Shown here one piece after another: positions 20,551-29,017 of a DNA stretch of 64,000 nucleotides (positions within the stretch are counted from its first letter, which is position 1; each line of letters opens with the position of its first letter). The stretch lies in IMG/VR virus record IMGVR_UViG_3300046468_002660. One strand, written 5' to 3'. Source of the DNA: a virus. The notes below the pieces were generated by a model. The model did not search any database. It was not told the origin of the DNA and saw only the letters and a list, made by a program, of their open reading frames with translations. A program made the translations under genes and the position numbers.

Positions 20551-20626
20551 GGGTATTGTGGCGAGGTTTTCTCTTTGTCCTTGGTCAAAATTCATCACCC
20601 GATTCGTAACCACATAAAAGCGAATC
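20551..20626 (+). ncRNA. Candidate small structured RNA (two stems, possible pseudoknot)
   Basis: GGGT/ACCC-closed stem, GATTCG/CGAATC stem, TGTGG able to pair with loop CCACA; GC island in AT-rich DNA. Confidence 0.35.
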
Positions 20627-20629
20627 AAT

Positions 20630-21456
20630 TTTATAATTTCAAATAATCCTTAAAATTATTAATTCACACATAAAAACAATAATTTCAAATAGTTTTTACT
20701 TCGTGCTTGCTTCTTATATCAATATCCCTTACAATATATAACATAATACAATATACTAATAAGGAATATATATAGGCAAAATATAAACAATCACACATAA
20801 ATAACAAAAATATATTGAAATTTAATAAATAATAAATATAATGATAAGGGAGTACGCAAATTAATTATATAAAAATAAGATGAAAATAAAAGTATTGGCA
20901 ATTATAAAAAATTTTATTTCAAATAAAAAAAAGAAACTAAAGCAAAACAATTCAAAACAAAATAATTTACAATATGAACGAAATAAATATGGTTTTTTTT
21001 CAGTTAAAAATAAAGAAAATTAAATAATAATAAATAAAAACAAATTAAATTAGACTTAAATAATAAATAATAATAAATAATAAAATTTTTCAAAGTTGAA
21101 ATAATAAAAAACCAAATAATATAAACCAAAATAATTGCAAATAAAAGTGGATGTTGGCGAACAGAGCGTAATATTTGTCGAAAAACAAATGGAAACGAAT
21201 TTCAGTCAAATAATGTCGCAAAACATAATAAAAGAAATGTATTGGATTGATGTTTCGGATGGAGCAAGGGCGGTAGCAATAATGGGCGAAATAACTGATG
21301 AAAAAAAAATAGAAAGTAATTTAATATGCCTCTTTCCAATATTTAAACCAAAAGAGGATTAACGCAAATAATTACTTACTAGGATAAAAAATAATAATAA
21401 TTAAAACAAATATTATTGTTAATAAAAAAGCATCCCAAATTTCATTGAATGTCATA
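20630..21456. other. Very AT-rich, A-skewed, largely non-coding region
   Basis: AAAT/AATAAT runs, repeated CACACATAAA, no convincing ORF. Confidence 0.55.
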
Positions 21457-21657
21457 TTAATTTTTTTTATTTTTTCGTTTATTAATTTCTACTCGTTGTA
21501 GCAATATTTCAAACTCTTCTGTTCCCATATTATTATATAAATACCAAGCATATTCTTGTATTCTCAATAATCTCTTTTCGGGAGTACCATTGACATGGTA
21601 AAAAGCGTTTGAGCTTAATAATTTGTTGACCAAATAATTATAAACATCAATATTCAT
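21457..21657 (-). CDS. Hypothetical protein, lone minus-strand gene with late-type promoter
   Basis: GTGTAATTCTTGGC-ATG on the minus strand. Confidence 0.55.
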   Translation of the reverse strand: MNIDVYNYLVNKLLSSNAFYHVNGTPEKRLLRIQEYAWYLYNNMGTEEFEILLQRVEINKRKNKKN

Positions 21658-21803
21658 GCCAAGAATTACACCCAAATAATTATACAAAAAATTTAATATA
21701 ATAAAACACACATAAAATAATTCTTGACAATGTGTGAAAAATATTTTAATGTATTCTCATCAATCACAAATAATGTGTTAAAAGCGTTAAACAAAGGAAA
21801 ACA

Positions 21804-22142
21804 ATGAGTCTAGCAAAAGAAATCAACGAAAAATTAGATGCAATACTTTTCATGCGTAGTGAAATGCAACGCATGGATCACGACTTGGATGACGACCAAG
21901 TTCTAAATAATATAACAACAGGTGAGAAGACAAATAAAGAACAAGCGTTTGAAATAGTTGAAGGTATGATAAATGATATTAAAAGAGAATTGAATCAAAT
22001 AACAAATAACGGATTAAATATAAAAAATATTTTTACAAATAAATATTATATAAATGATTTTATGCAAGATAAAGTATGTTCTGATATAGAATTGAATAAT
22101 ACTCTTAATGCTCAACAACCAAATGATATAGAATCTAATTAA
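21804..22142 (+). CDS. Hypothetical protein
   Basis: TTGACA promoter near 21724, AAGGA SD. Confidence 0.6.
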   Translation: MSLAKEINEKLDAILFMRSEMQRMDHDLDDDQVLNNITTGEKTNKEQAFEIVEGMINDIKRELNQITNNGLNIKNIFTNKYYINDFMQDKVCSDIELNNTLNAQQPNDIESN

Positions 22143-22218
22143 TTAAAATATTTGTTTGACAGGTTTTATATTTGATGCTAGTATATTCTTATAACATTCA
22201 AAAAAGGAGATAATAATT

Positions 22219-22410
22219 ATGGCTAATATAGCAAAATGTGCAAGAGCGACAGCAGTAATGAACAAAGTAAGAGGCAGAGACCCTTTCGCTTTTACTCGCA
22301 GGTTCATGGGTTACAACGAGGCAACCGAAGGTATTCTCGCCCAACAAAGGGAAGCGGATCGTAGGTTAAGACAAATACAAGCTAAAAAACTAGCAAAAGG
22401 GGTAGCGTAA
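22219..22410 (+). CDS. Small basic hypothetical protein
   Basis: TTGACA promoter near 22156, AAGGAG SD. Confidence 0.6.
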   Translation: MANIAKCARATAVMNKVRGRDPFAFTRRFMGYNEATEGILAQQREADRRLRQIQAKKLAKGVA

Positions 22411-22670
22411 TGGATGCGACAATTAAACCTCTTAGTGATAAAGTTAGTATGTTTGCATCTAACGATGAATTATACGAACAATTAACCAACAAAGAATTAA
22501 TGTTAATTAAAATGGTTAAGGCGGAAGAATTCGTTGATGATTTATATAGAGCACACGATTCTGAAGCAAATAAAAAACTATTTCCCCCCGAAAAAAGTTG
22601 GTTTAAAATAAAAGAATTATTGAGAGAATTACGCGAATTAAATAAAAAACAAATAACCCCTAAAATATAA
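22410..22670 (+). CDS. Hypothetical protein
   Basis: TAATG overlap. Confidence 0.55.
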   Translation: MDATIKPLSDKVSMFASNDELYEQLTNKELMLIKMVKAEEFVDDLYRAHDSEANKKLFPPEKSWFKIKELLRELRELNKKQITPKI

Positions 22671-22679
22671 AAATAATAG

Positions 22680-22708
22680 TTGACAAATAACAAATAATAT
22701 AGTAATAT
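22680..22708 (+). promoter_or_regulatory. sigma70-type promoter for the ncRNA
   Basis: TTGACA-N17-TAATAT. Confidence 0.7.
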
Positions 22709-22764
22709 ATAATATATAAAATTGAGAAGGATAAACTCAAATAAATAAAATAATCCAAAATTTT

Positions 22765-22776
22765 TGTTCTTTTACA
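22765..22776 (+). promoter_or_regulatory. boxA-like antitermination element
   Basis: TGTTCTTTTACA vs rrn boxA TGCTCTTTAACA (10/12). Confidence 0.45.
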
Positions 22777-22781
22777 TTTTA

Positions 22782-23060
22782 AATTTTGAGCATAGATCTC
22801 GCAAGCATTAAGTTGCTAAAAGCCAATTCTTGTAAGTCTCAATTCACTTTGGAAGGGCTTATAATCCTTCCTGTGGGTGACCGAATGAGCCTGTCGTGAG
22901 CGGGCTAAGGTATGCAGATCCCTGTGGTGGGGTTGGTAGAGTCCAATCGGATGAGCCAAATGACAACACCAAGTCTAGTCTGTAGTTGGAAGTAGGTACA
23001 CCATGAACTGATGTTCACGCCGAAAACTTGAGGGTATACAGTAGCCCCTCCCCACACAAT
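22782..23060 (+). ncRNA. Large structured non-coding RNA, family not recognised
   Basis: GC-rich, no convincing ORF, multiple helices (TGTGGG/CCCACA, GGAAGG/CCTTCC, AGCCTG..GTGA..CGGGCT, TGAAC/GTTCA, GAGGG/CCCTC), own promoter and terminator. Confidence 0.7.
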
Positions 23061-23077
23061 TTTCTCTGATATCCTCG

Positions 23078-23126
23078 ACCCTCCTTGGTTCTCTCTTGCC
23101 CGCCACCTGAACCAAGGAGGGTTTTT
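23078..23126 (+). terminator. Intrinsic terminator with 14-bp stem and 17-nt C/U-rich loop
   Basis: ACCCTCCTTGGTTC-loop-GAACCAAGGAGGGT then T run. Confidence 0.75.
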
Positions 23127-23163
23127 GTTTGACAGCTGCTTTTTTATTTATTATAGTATACTC

Positions 23164-23418
23164 ATGAAAACATTAAAAGATATCTTATCAAACTACGGGT
23201 ACATGAACAGCAATCAGCTTAAAGAAATAGCTGAGCACTTCCCTGCATTCAGGGTTGTCATTAAATGGGGCGGACTTCCCCGCGAGCGTCTTCCAGCCTG
23301 GGAGGCAATATCCAGGATTAAATCAGTGGAGACCCAAAACATCGATTACTGTAGAGAGGTGTTTATCTCAGGTACTGAATACAACGCACTCAAACAAGCT
23401 TTCAACATCGCCGACTAA
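23164..23418 (+). CDS. Hypothetical protein
   Basis: Leaderless after TTGACA(23129)-N17-TATAGT. Confidence 0.65.
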   Translation: MKTLKDILSNYGYMNSNQLKEIAEHFPAFRVVIKWGGLPRERLPAWEAISRIKSVETQNIDYCREVFISGTEYNALKQAFNIAD

Positions 23419-23652
23419 CAAACATTATTAACCAAAAAACATATGGAACCATTGCTAATATTAACATTGGCGATTACACTAGGAATAAAATTATTAGTAG
23501 AGGAAGTAATATAATAATATACAGTATAATATATAACAAATAATAAAAATAAAAATTTAATCAAAATGGACTAGTATAAATAATAAATAATCAAAATAAA
23601 TAATAAAAAAATTTTAAATAAATAAATAATTTGATTATGATTACCTCCTTGG

Positions 23653-23680
23653 CCCCCACCGTAATTGGTGGGGGTTTTTT
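23653..23680 (+). terminator. Intrinsic terminator
   Basis: CCCCCACC-GTAATT-GGTGGGGG-TTTTTT. Confidence 0.8.
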
Positions 23681-23702
23681 ATTGGTCAACTTTACGCTTT
23701 TG

Positions 23703-23774
23703 TAAGTCTTTGTTTATCAAGCACTTCTGAGATCGGCTGCCGCGCTAGCTAAGTCTTTGATATTCAATGAATTA
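23703..23774 (+). repeat. Dyad element copy 1 of 9
   Basis: TAAGTCTTTGTTTATCAAGCACTTC-N7-GGCTGCC-N8-TAAGTCTTTGATATTCAATGAATTA. Confidence 0.9.
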
Positions 23775-23836
23775 AAAAACTCAAATTAATTCACTTTTTT
23801 CTTGTGTTAAATTGTTTTTTATGCGATACTATGTAT

Positions 23837-23953
23837 ATGAAAGCGAGAGACATAAAGATCAGAAAACCAATTGTCTTCACTAAGTCAAGACCTCACAAGG
23901 TCAAGATTAAAACAATCCACAGAAAACTAAAACACAAGGAATTATTAGCATGA
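23837..23953 (+). CDS. 38-aa highly basic peptide (not in ORF track)
   Basis: MKARDIKIRKPIVFTKSRPHKVKIKTIHRKLKHKELLA; leaderless after TTGTGT-N17-GATACT; ATGA overlap with next gene. Confidence 0.6.
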   Translation: MKARDIKIRKPIVFTKSRPHKVKIKTIHRKLKHKELLA

Positions 23954-24177
23954 ATATTAACGAAGATTATTTAAGTTCAGATTGCCCAAACGCAGATGAA
24001 GTAATGACTCAAGGCATGGGTTGGATTTGGAAACATTTCATTGAACCTAACGCAGATCAAATTACAGAAGAACAAGCAGAAATGCTTACAATGATTGGGA
24101 TCAGTTTTAAAATGGTCGCAGAACAAGCAGATGCTTACGATCAAACTTTTGAAGAAAGCCCATATTTAAACAATTAA
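23950..24177 (+). CDS. Acidic hypothetical protein
   Basis: AAGGA SD. Confidence 0.6.
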   Translation: MNINEDYLSSDCPNADEVMTQGMGWIWKHFIEPNADQITEEQAEMLTMIGISFKMVAEQADAYDQTFEESPYLNN

Positions 24178-24215
24178 CTCTTGACAAAAAACATTATAAC
24201 TATTATATTACTATC

Positions 24216-25088
24216 ATGAATACAGAAGAAAACACCAATATCGCTCCTCGCAAATCCGTTAACTTGCACATTTGCGGAGGTAATCGTACAATCGTAGACT
24301 TTGACGAAGTTCAAGCTGTACCAACTCCAATGCCTACAATGCGTACAAAACCAAACAAAAGAACAGGGGAATTTGCCATTTCTCACCAACCAATTGCTCA
24401 TGAAGCTCTTGTAGTTCGCACTAAAGATTCTCTCACTAGCAGAGGTTTCACCATTCAAGATGAGCTACACTCTCTCGCTAGGGACAACCAACATTACTTT
24501 GGATTGTTCTCTGTAGATCATCCTGATCGTGATCCATCAGATCGTGGGTGCGTTGTAGGGGTTCGTAATTCTCACGACAAAACTTTTCCTGCGGGACTTT
24601 GTGCAGGTGATGCACCATTTGTTTGCGATAATTTAATTTTTACAAACACCATAAAACTTGCTCGCAGACATACTCGCAACATTATGAACGATCTCGATTT
24701 TATGATCAATCGTGCTTTGGGTAAATTGTTTGGCTTTTGGCATGGGCAAGATGAGAGAGTAAAGGCTTATCAAGATCGCTCTGTTGGCAATGTTCTAGCT
24801 CACGATCTTATCATAAAAGCAGTTCGTGCAGGTGCTTTACCAAAATCAAAAATTCTTGATGTTGCAGATCAATGGGAATCAAGCGATCATGTTGAATTCA
24901 AAGATCGCAATATAAATTCTCTCTACAACGCTTTCACAGAGATTTACAAAGGTAACTTGGTTGCCTTGCCAAATCGTTCAGACGCTCTTCATTCTGTTCT
25001 TGATAGTTATGTTGACTTCAATATTGATAACCATGTTGAAAATACTATTGACATGGAAGTCGTAGAGGGCGAATTGGTAGAAGTTTAA
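24216..25088 (+). CDS. DUF932-family protein
   Basis: RNSHDKT...AG...FVCDNL...RRHT...LYNAFTE; leaderless after TTGACA(24181)-N17-TATATT. Confidence 0.75.
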   Translation: MNTEENTNIAPRKSVNLHICGGNRTIVDFDEVQAVPTPMPTMRTKPNKRTGEFAISHQPIAHEALVVRTKDSLTSRGFTIQDELHSLARDNQHYFGLFSVDHPDRDPSDRGCVVGVRNSHDKTFPAGLCAGDAPFVCDNLIFTNTIKLARRHTRNIMNDLDFMINRALGKLFGFWHGQDERVKAYQDRSVGNVLAHDLIIKAVRAGALPKSKILDVADQWESSDHVEFKDRNINSLYNAFTEIYKGNLVALPNRSDALHSVLDSYVDFNIDNHVENTIDMEVVEGELVEV

Positions 25089-25110
25089 ATATTGGTTTGT
25101 CGTTTCGTTG

Positions 25111-25139
25111 ACTCCCCCCAAATGGGGGGAGTTTTTTTA
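25111..25139 (+). terminator. Intrinsic terminator
   Basis: ACTCCCCCC-AAAT-GGGGGGAGT then T run. Confidence 0.8.
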
Positions 25140-25159
25140 TGCCCAAAATTACTAAAGCG

Positions 25160-25231
25160 CAAGTCCTTGTTTATCAAGCACTTATGAGCGCGGCAGCCGA
25201 ATGATATAAGTATTTGATTGACAAGCGTTTA
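25160..25231 (+). repeat. Dyad element copy 2
   Basis: CAAGTCCTTGTTTATCAAGCACTTA-N7-GGCAGCC-N8-TAAGTATTTGATTGACAAGCGTTTA. Confidence 0.9.
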
Positions 25232-25293
25232 AAAATTTAAAATTATTTAACTTTTTTCTTGCAGTAATTATAAAAATGGCTTAGTATGTTTAC

Positions 25294-25707
25294 ATGATAC
25301 TGAGAAACCAACAAGACCCACGATATAGAATCAAAAAGAATCGTCCCGTATATGTTTACAAGAATCTTCATAAAGATTGTTGGAGCATCAAGCAACATGG
25401 TTTAGTTAAAGCTCACATCCCAAAGGATCATGCTATTGGATTATGGGATTGCTATTTTCATGTCGATGCCAAAGGCAGAGAAAAAGTTCTTCGTGAGAAG
25501 CGTAAGAATGTTCATGCTTTTGTTAAGGGTTATCTTCAGGATGCAGAAAATGTATCTTGCAATCCCCAAGTTATCAGCAGGGAAGTCGAGGTAACATATA
25601 ACCCCTACAAGTATGAGACTTTTGTAGAGAAGGAAACCGAAAAGTTTGCATACTATGCAGACGAAGTATTATTAACACACAACAAAGTAACCGCTTATAT
25701 ATCATGA
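25294..25707 (+). CDS. Conserved phage protein of unknown function
   Basis: VYVYKNLHK.CWS...GRE.VLREKRKNVHAFV.G...YNPYK pattern. Confidence 0.7.
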   Translation: MILRNQQDPRYRIKKNRPVYVYKNLHKDCWSIKQHGLVKAHIPKDHAIGLWDCYFHVDAKGREKVLREKRKNVHAFVKGYLQDAENVSCNPQVISREVEVTYNPYKYETFVEKETEKFAYYADEVLLTHNKVTAYIS

Positions 25708-25886
25708 ATTACACAGACGAAAATATTACGGAAGTAGCACAAAAAATTGTAGAAGATATGGATCTTGATGATCTTATAAGTTATGTCTATGATGACCTTG
25801 TAGCTCTTTTTGAAAAAGATGAAGAATTGTTTAATGCCAATTGGGATTGTTTGGATATGGACACATACCTTGAAAAGGAAAAGTAA
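25704..25886 (+). CDS. Small acidic protein
   Basis: ATGA overlap. Confidence 0.55.
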   Translation: MNYTDENITEVAQKIVEDMDLDDLISYVYDDLVALFEKDEELFNANWDCLDMDTYLEKEK

Positions 25887-25887
25887 A

Positions 25888-26091
25888 ATGAAAGAAGAAT
25901 TATACTCAATTAAAACCGCCATTGACGGACTTAGCGATGAGATACTAGAACATCGCAGACACGCAAACATGGAGGATCTCGTCAAGGTAATGAAGAACAT
26001 TAACGATAACCTTGTTGCAATTAGTTTTGACTTAAAAGATTTAGTTGAAGCAAAAAAATTCGAAAACGAGTTGAAAACTGCACTCAGATAG
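25888..26091 (+). CDS. Hypothetical protein
   Basis: AAGGA SD; stop 1 nt before repeat copy 3. Confidence 0.55.
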   Translation: MKEELYSIKTAIDGLSDEILEHRRHANMEDLVKVMKNINDNLVAISFDLKDLVEAKKFENELKTALR

Positions 26092-26092
26092 G

Positions 26093-26164
26093 TAAATCCT
26101 TTATAGTCAATCACTTAGGTGGCTGGCTGCCGCGCTAGCTAAGTGCTTAACATTCAACGATTTA
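26093..26164 (+). repeat. Dyad element copy 3
   Basis: TAAATCCTTTATAGTCAATCACTTA-N7-GGCTGCC-N8-TAAGTGCTTAACATTCAACGATTTA. Confidence 0.9.
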
Positions 26165-26225
26165 CAAAAGCATTTTTATTTAGTTTTTATTTGACAGAAA
26201 CTAAAAATTGCCTTAGTTTTATGTT

Positions 26226-26402
26226 ATGCAAGAAACAATAGATATGACACCAAAATGGACAGCAGTCGTTAGAATATTAACTGAAGTGCTTATGAGCCCA
26301 AAAGCAGGACACGCGGATAAATGCAATGCTGTAACTGAATTACTAAACCTCGCAAAGATTGTAGACGATCAAAACGAAAGGATAAAAAATGACACAAAGT
26401 GA
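26226..26402 (+). CDS. 58-aa hypothetical protein (not in ORF track)
   Basis: MQETIDMTPKW...; leaderless after TTGACA(26191)-N17-TAGTTT. Confidence 0.6.
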   Translation: MQETIDMTPKWTAVVRILTEVLMSPKAGHADKCNAVTELLNLAKIVDDQNERIKNDTK

Positions 26403-26613
26403 AATTAGAATAATGATATTAAACATCGTTAACGGAAACATTCGCTATGCGAATCCCGCAGATCCAATGAATGTCAAGAAAGCTGAAGACTTGGGTATTG
26501 ATTACTTCACTACTCAATCAGCGGAAGAAGTCTTAGATGATATCATTACAGACTTGACAAGCTTGCAAGATGAGCTTAGGATAGAATCATCTTTTCAATC
26601 AGCACAACTATAA
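26389..26613 (+). CDS. Hypothetical protein
   Basis: AAGGA SD. Confidence 0.55.
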   Translation: MTQSEIRIMILNIVNGNIRYANPADPMNVKKAEDLGIDYFTTQSAEEVLDDIITDLTSLQDELRIESSFQSAQL

Positions 26614-26635
26614 CACACAGGACACAAGGAGAAAA

Positions 26636-27628
26636 ATGACAACTATAGCACAATTACAAACCAAAAAAAGAAAAAGCAAGAAAACTACTTCTTTGCAAGT
26701 TAACCAAAGCAAAGTTACCGCAGAAAAACAATTCAACAAAATTTTTAAACAAAAAGAGTTTAAGCATTTTATCTACGATTTTGGTGTCAAAGATTTACCT
26801 TTGCTCGATCATATGCTATCCGATCAAGTAAACAATCCCTCAAGAAATCGTGGCAAAGCAGATGACAACATCAAGAGATTATTTCGTTGTCTTCAAGCGG
26901 GTCAATGGTTTTTCGAGTCAATCGACATTCTCATCAATGAAAGAGGCGAGCTTCTTAATGGTCAACATACATTGGAGGCTATTAACCAACACCTTCTTGA
27001 CGCAAAAACACCAAGAGATGCTGTAGTGAAAGTTGGCTTCAAGTTAGGAGTTGATTCAAGAGCAATGCCTTATCTCGACACTCAAAAGAAAAGAAGTCCA
27101 CATCAAAATCTTAGAATTAAACAAGGTGGTGTGGATATTAAACTTAATCGAGCACAAGAGTATATTGTATTAACTGAAGGTAAAAATTTAGTACATGGTT
27201 CTCCTTTCGCTAAAGGTAAGATCGTAAACTTTTTTGAATACGATAGCGTTATTAAAAAGCATTCTAGTATGTTAAACAGAGTGTTTGGTAATCGAGTATT
27301 CTGCTCAGACTTTCCTCATATTGGCATCAGTTACCCTTTGTTCTGTGTTGCCAAAGAAGATGAAGAGCTTGCAAACACTATTCTTGATGAGATTTGCGAC
27401 ATTCATAACGAAAGCAATCGAGGAGTCTCAAAATGGTATCCTTATGAGAAACAAATTCCTGTAGAGCACGAATTGATAGAAAAGTTTAGACAAGAAAAAC
27501 ATCTCAAAATGTCAGGAATGACAAGCAAGACGGGCAGAGATTGTTATCGTGCCGAAGAGTTTTATCCATTAGCAGTTAATTGGTTAGTTGAGAAGTGCGA
27601 TCTTGATCGCAACATTTTTCCAAAATGA
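26636..27628 (+). CDS. ParB/Srx-like (DGQHR-type) domain protein
   Basis: SRNR...GQW...ILINERGELLNGQHTLEAI resembles the DGQHRL.AI motif. Confidence 0.55.
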   Translation: MTTIAQLQTKKRKSKKTTSLQVNQSKVTAEKQFNKIFKQKEFKHFIYDFGVKDLPLLDHMLSDQVNNPSRNRGKADDNIKRLFRCLQAGQWFFESIDILINERGELLNGQHTLEAINQHLLDAKTPRDAVVKVGFKLGVDSRAMPYLDTQKKRSPHQNLRIKQGGVDIKLNRAQEYIVLTEGKNLVHGSPFAKGKIVNFFEYDSVIKKHSSMLNRVFGNRVFCSDFPHIGISYPLFCVAKEDEELANTILDEICDIHNESNRGVSKWYPYEKQIPVEHELIEKFRQEKHLKMSGMTSKTGRDCYRAEEFYPLAVNWLVEKCDLDRNIFPK

Positions 27629-27954
27629 ATTATTACATAAAACAAGCAAACTCACTCGAAATGGCTTTTTACATTGGTAAAACCAGGAAAAACCCCTTCA
27701 CCCAAAGGGGTAATCCTACCAACAAGACAATCTGTCAATGGATCAAAGATTATGGTGAAATTGCATGGACAACACTTATGGTTATACCCGAATACGCATT
27801 GCACAATGAATACGGAGAAACTTATCTCATAAATTGTTTCAAAGAAAAATTTAGCAATTTAAAATTATTGAATGTAGCCACGCCACATTCGGGAGCAATT
27901 AATTACGATAAAAAATCTGAGTTAATTATTGACAAACTCAAGAAAATGCTTTAG
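27625..27954 (+). CDS. GIY-YIG-like nuclease domain protein
   Basis: NYYI...FYIGKT...R...E..LI...LLN spacing. Confidence 0.5.
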   Translation: MNYYIKQANSLEMAFYIGKTRKNPFTQRGNPTNKTICQWIKDYGEIAWTTLMVIPEYALHNEYGETYLINCFKEKFSNLKLLNVATPHSGAINYDKKSELIIDKLKKML

Positions 27955-27985
27955 TGTTTAACTAAATCACAACGAAAGGAAAATC

Positions 27986-28201
27986 ATGACAACAGTATTA
28001 GACAAACCCGAACAAATCGAAATGTTTCGCTACAAAACTCTTCTTAGAGGCTTAAAACTTGAGACGCTAGGAATGCAAATGAGTAGAGGCAGATCTTGCT
28101 ACTCTATCGTCAAACAAGAGTTTGGACTTAAAGGTAGCAAACAAAAAGTTTTCGATCAATTTAAACTTATGTTAGAACAAGTAGACGAAAGGGCACTATA
28201 A
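27986..28201 (+). CDS. Hypothetical protein
   Basis: Promoter near 27929, AAGGA SD. Confidence 0.6.
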   Translation: MTTVLDKPEQIEMFRYKTLLRGLKLETLGMQMSRGRSCYSIVKQEFGLKGSKQKVFDQFKLMLEQVDERAL

Positions 28202-28413
28202 TGACAGCATCACAAGTAGAAGCGAGAGTAGAGAGTTGGAATTGGAACATGAATGTCTTTGAGATATATGACGAACTCAGAGACGGGCACACAGCGAAAC
28301 AACAAGAGGATTTACTTTCTTTTGCCTATCGTTACTTTAACAAAGATAAAATGATTTTAGAGCTTGCCAATCACTTTGGAATCTATAACATAGAGGATAA
28401 TGAAAATGAATAA
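28201..28413 (+). CDS. Hypothetical protein
   Basis: TAATG overlap. Confidence 0.55.
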   Translation: MTASQVEARVESWNWNMNVFEIYDELRDGHTAKQQEDLLSFAYRYFNKDKMILELANHFGIYNIEDNENE

Positions 28414-28639
28414 TTACATTGAAGCAACCTGCATCGGTAGTCCACTAGGTTTACCTGAGTACAACGAAGAAACTGAACAATACGAAGTTTTCTTCGAAGA
28501 AAATTACGACGAGTTTAACCCGTACTTTGAGAGAGATATTATTTCTTATAGTTGCGAAGACGCTGAGGAAGCGACTGAGATCTACAACTATTACAACCAA
28601 AATCCCGTACAAGAAGAACATGAAGAAATTGTTTCTTAA
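28400..28639 (+). CDS. Very acidic hypothetical protein
   Basis: E/Y rich. Confidence 0.55.
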   Translation: MKMNNYIEATCIGSPLGLPEYNEETEQYEVFFEENYDEFNPYFERDIISYSCEDAEEATEIYNYYNQNPVQEEHEEIVS

Positions 28640-28853
28640 AATACTCCGTTGGTTTACTCCGATATATCAAATAGTATATCACACCAAAGACGGCAGAACA
28701 GAAATGTACACAATCACCCCGCCAAAACATGAAAATGAATTTGGCAACAAGCAAGAAGGCAAGTCAGTCGTTGGCTTCAGGTCCTTCTGCCTAAATCGTG
28801 GTGGTATTCGTTCATTTCGCTACAATCAAATAATCTCATTAAACAAAATTTAA
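28620..28853 (+). CDS. Stand-alone WYL-like domain protein
   Basis: IVYHTKDG...ITP...FCLNRGGIRSFRYNQIISL resembles WYL I.Y...G...P...C..R...R.FR..RI. Confidence 0.5.
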   Translation: MKKLFLKILRWFTPIYQIVYHTKDGRTEMYTITPPKHENEFGNKQEGKSVVGFRSFCLNRGGIRSFRYNQIISLNKI

Positions 28854-28855
28854 TC

Positions 28856-29017
28856 ATGAAGAAAAAAGTTAAAAATAAAGATTCACTACAAGATAGCTTA
28901 AGAAGATTCGGGCACATGCTCGCAATACGAGAGCGACGCGGGGACACATCCGAAGAGTACAAACAAAAACAAGCTCTTCACGAATCGATGTTAAGAAAGC
29001 TTTATAATCGAGCGTAA
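28856..29017 (+). CDS. 53-aa basic protein (not in ORF track)
   Basis: Its TAA stop is the first 3 nt of repeat copy 4. Confidence 0.55.
   Translation: MKKKVKNKDSLQDSLRRFGHMLAIRERRGDTSEEYKQKQALHESMLRKLYNRA

Noticed and set aside
21135-21362. 75-aa TTG-start ORF in the AT-rich tract
   Set aside because: No promoter or SD support and no recognisable motif
23005-23030. Hammerhead ribozyme (CTGATG...GAAA)
   Set aside because: CTGATG is followed by T rather than A, there is no stem II, and the bases form the TGAAC/GTTCA hairpin
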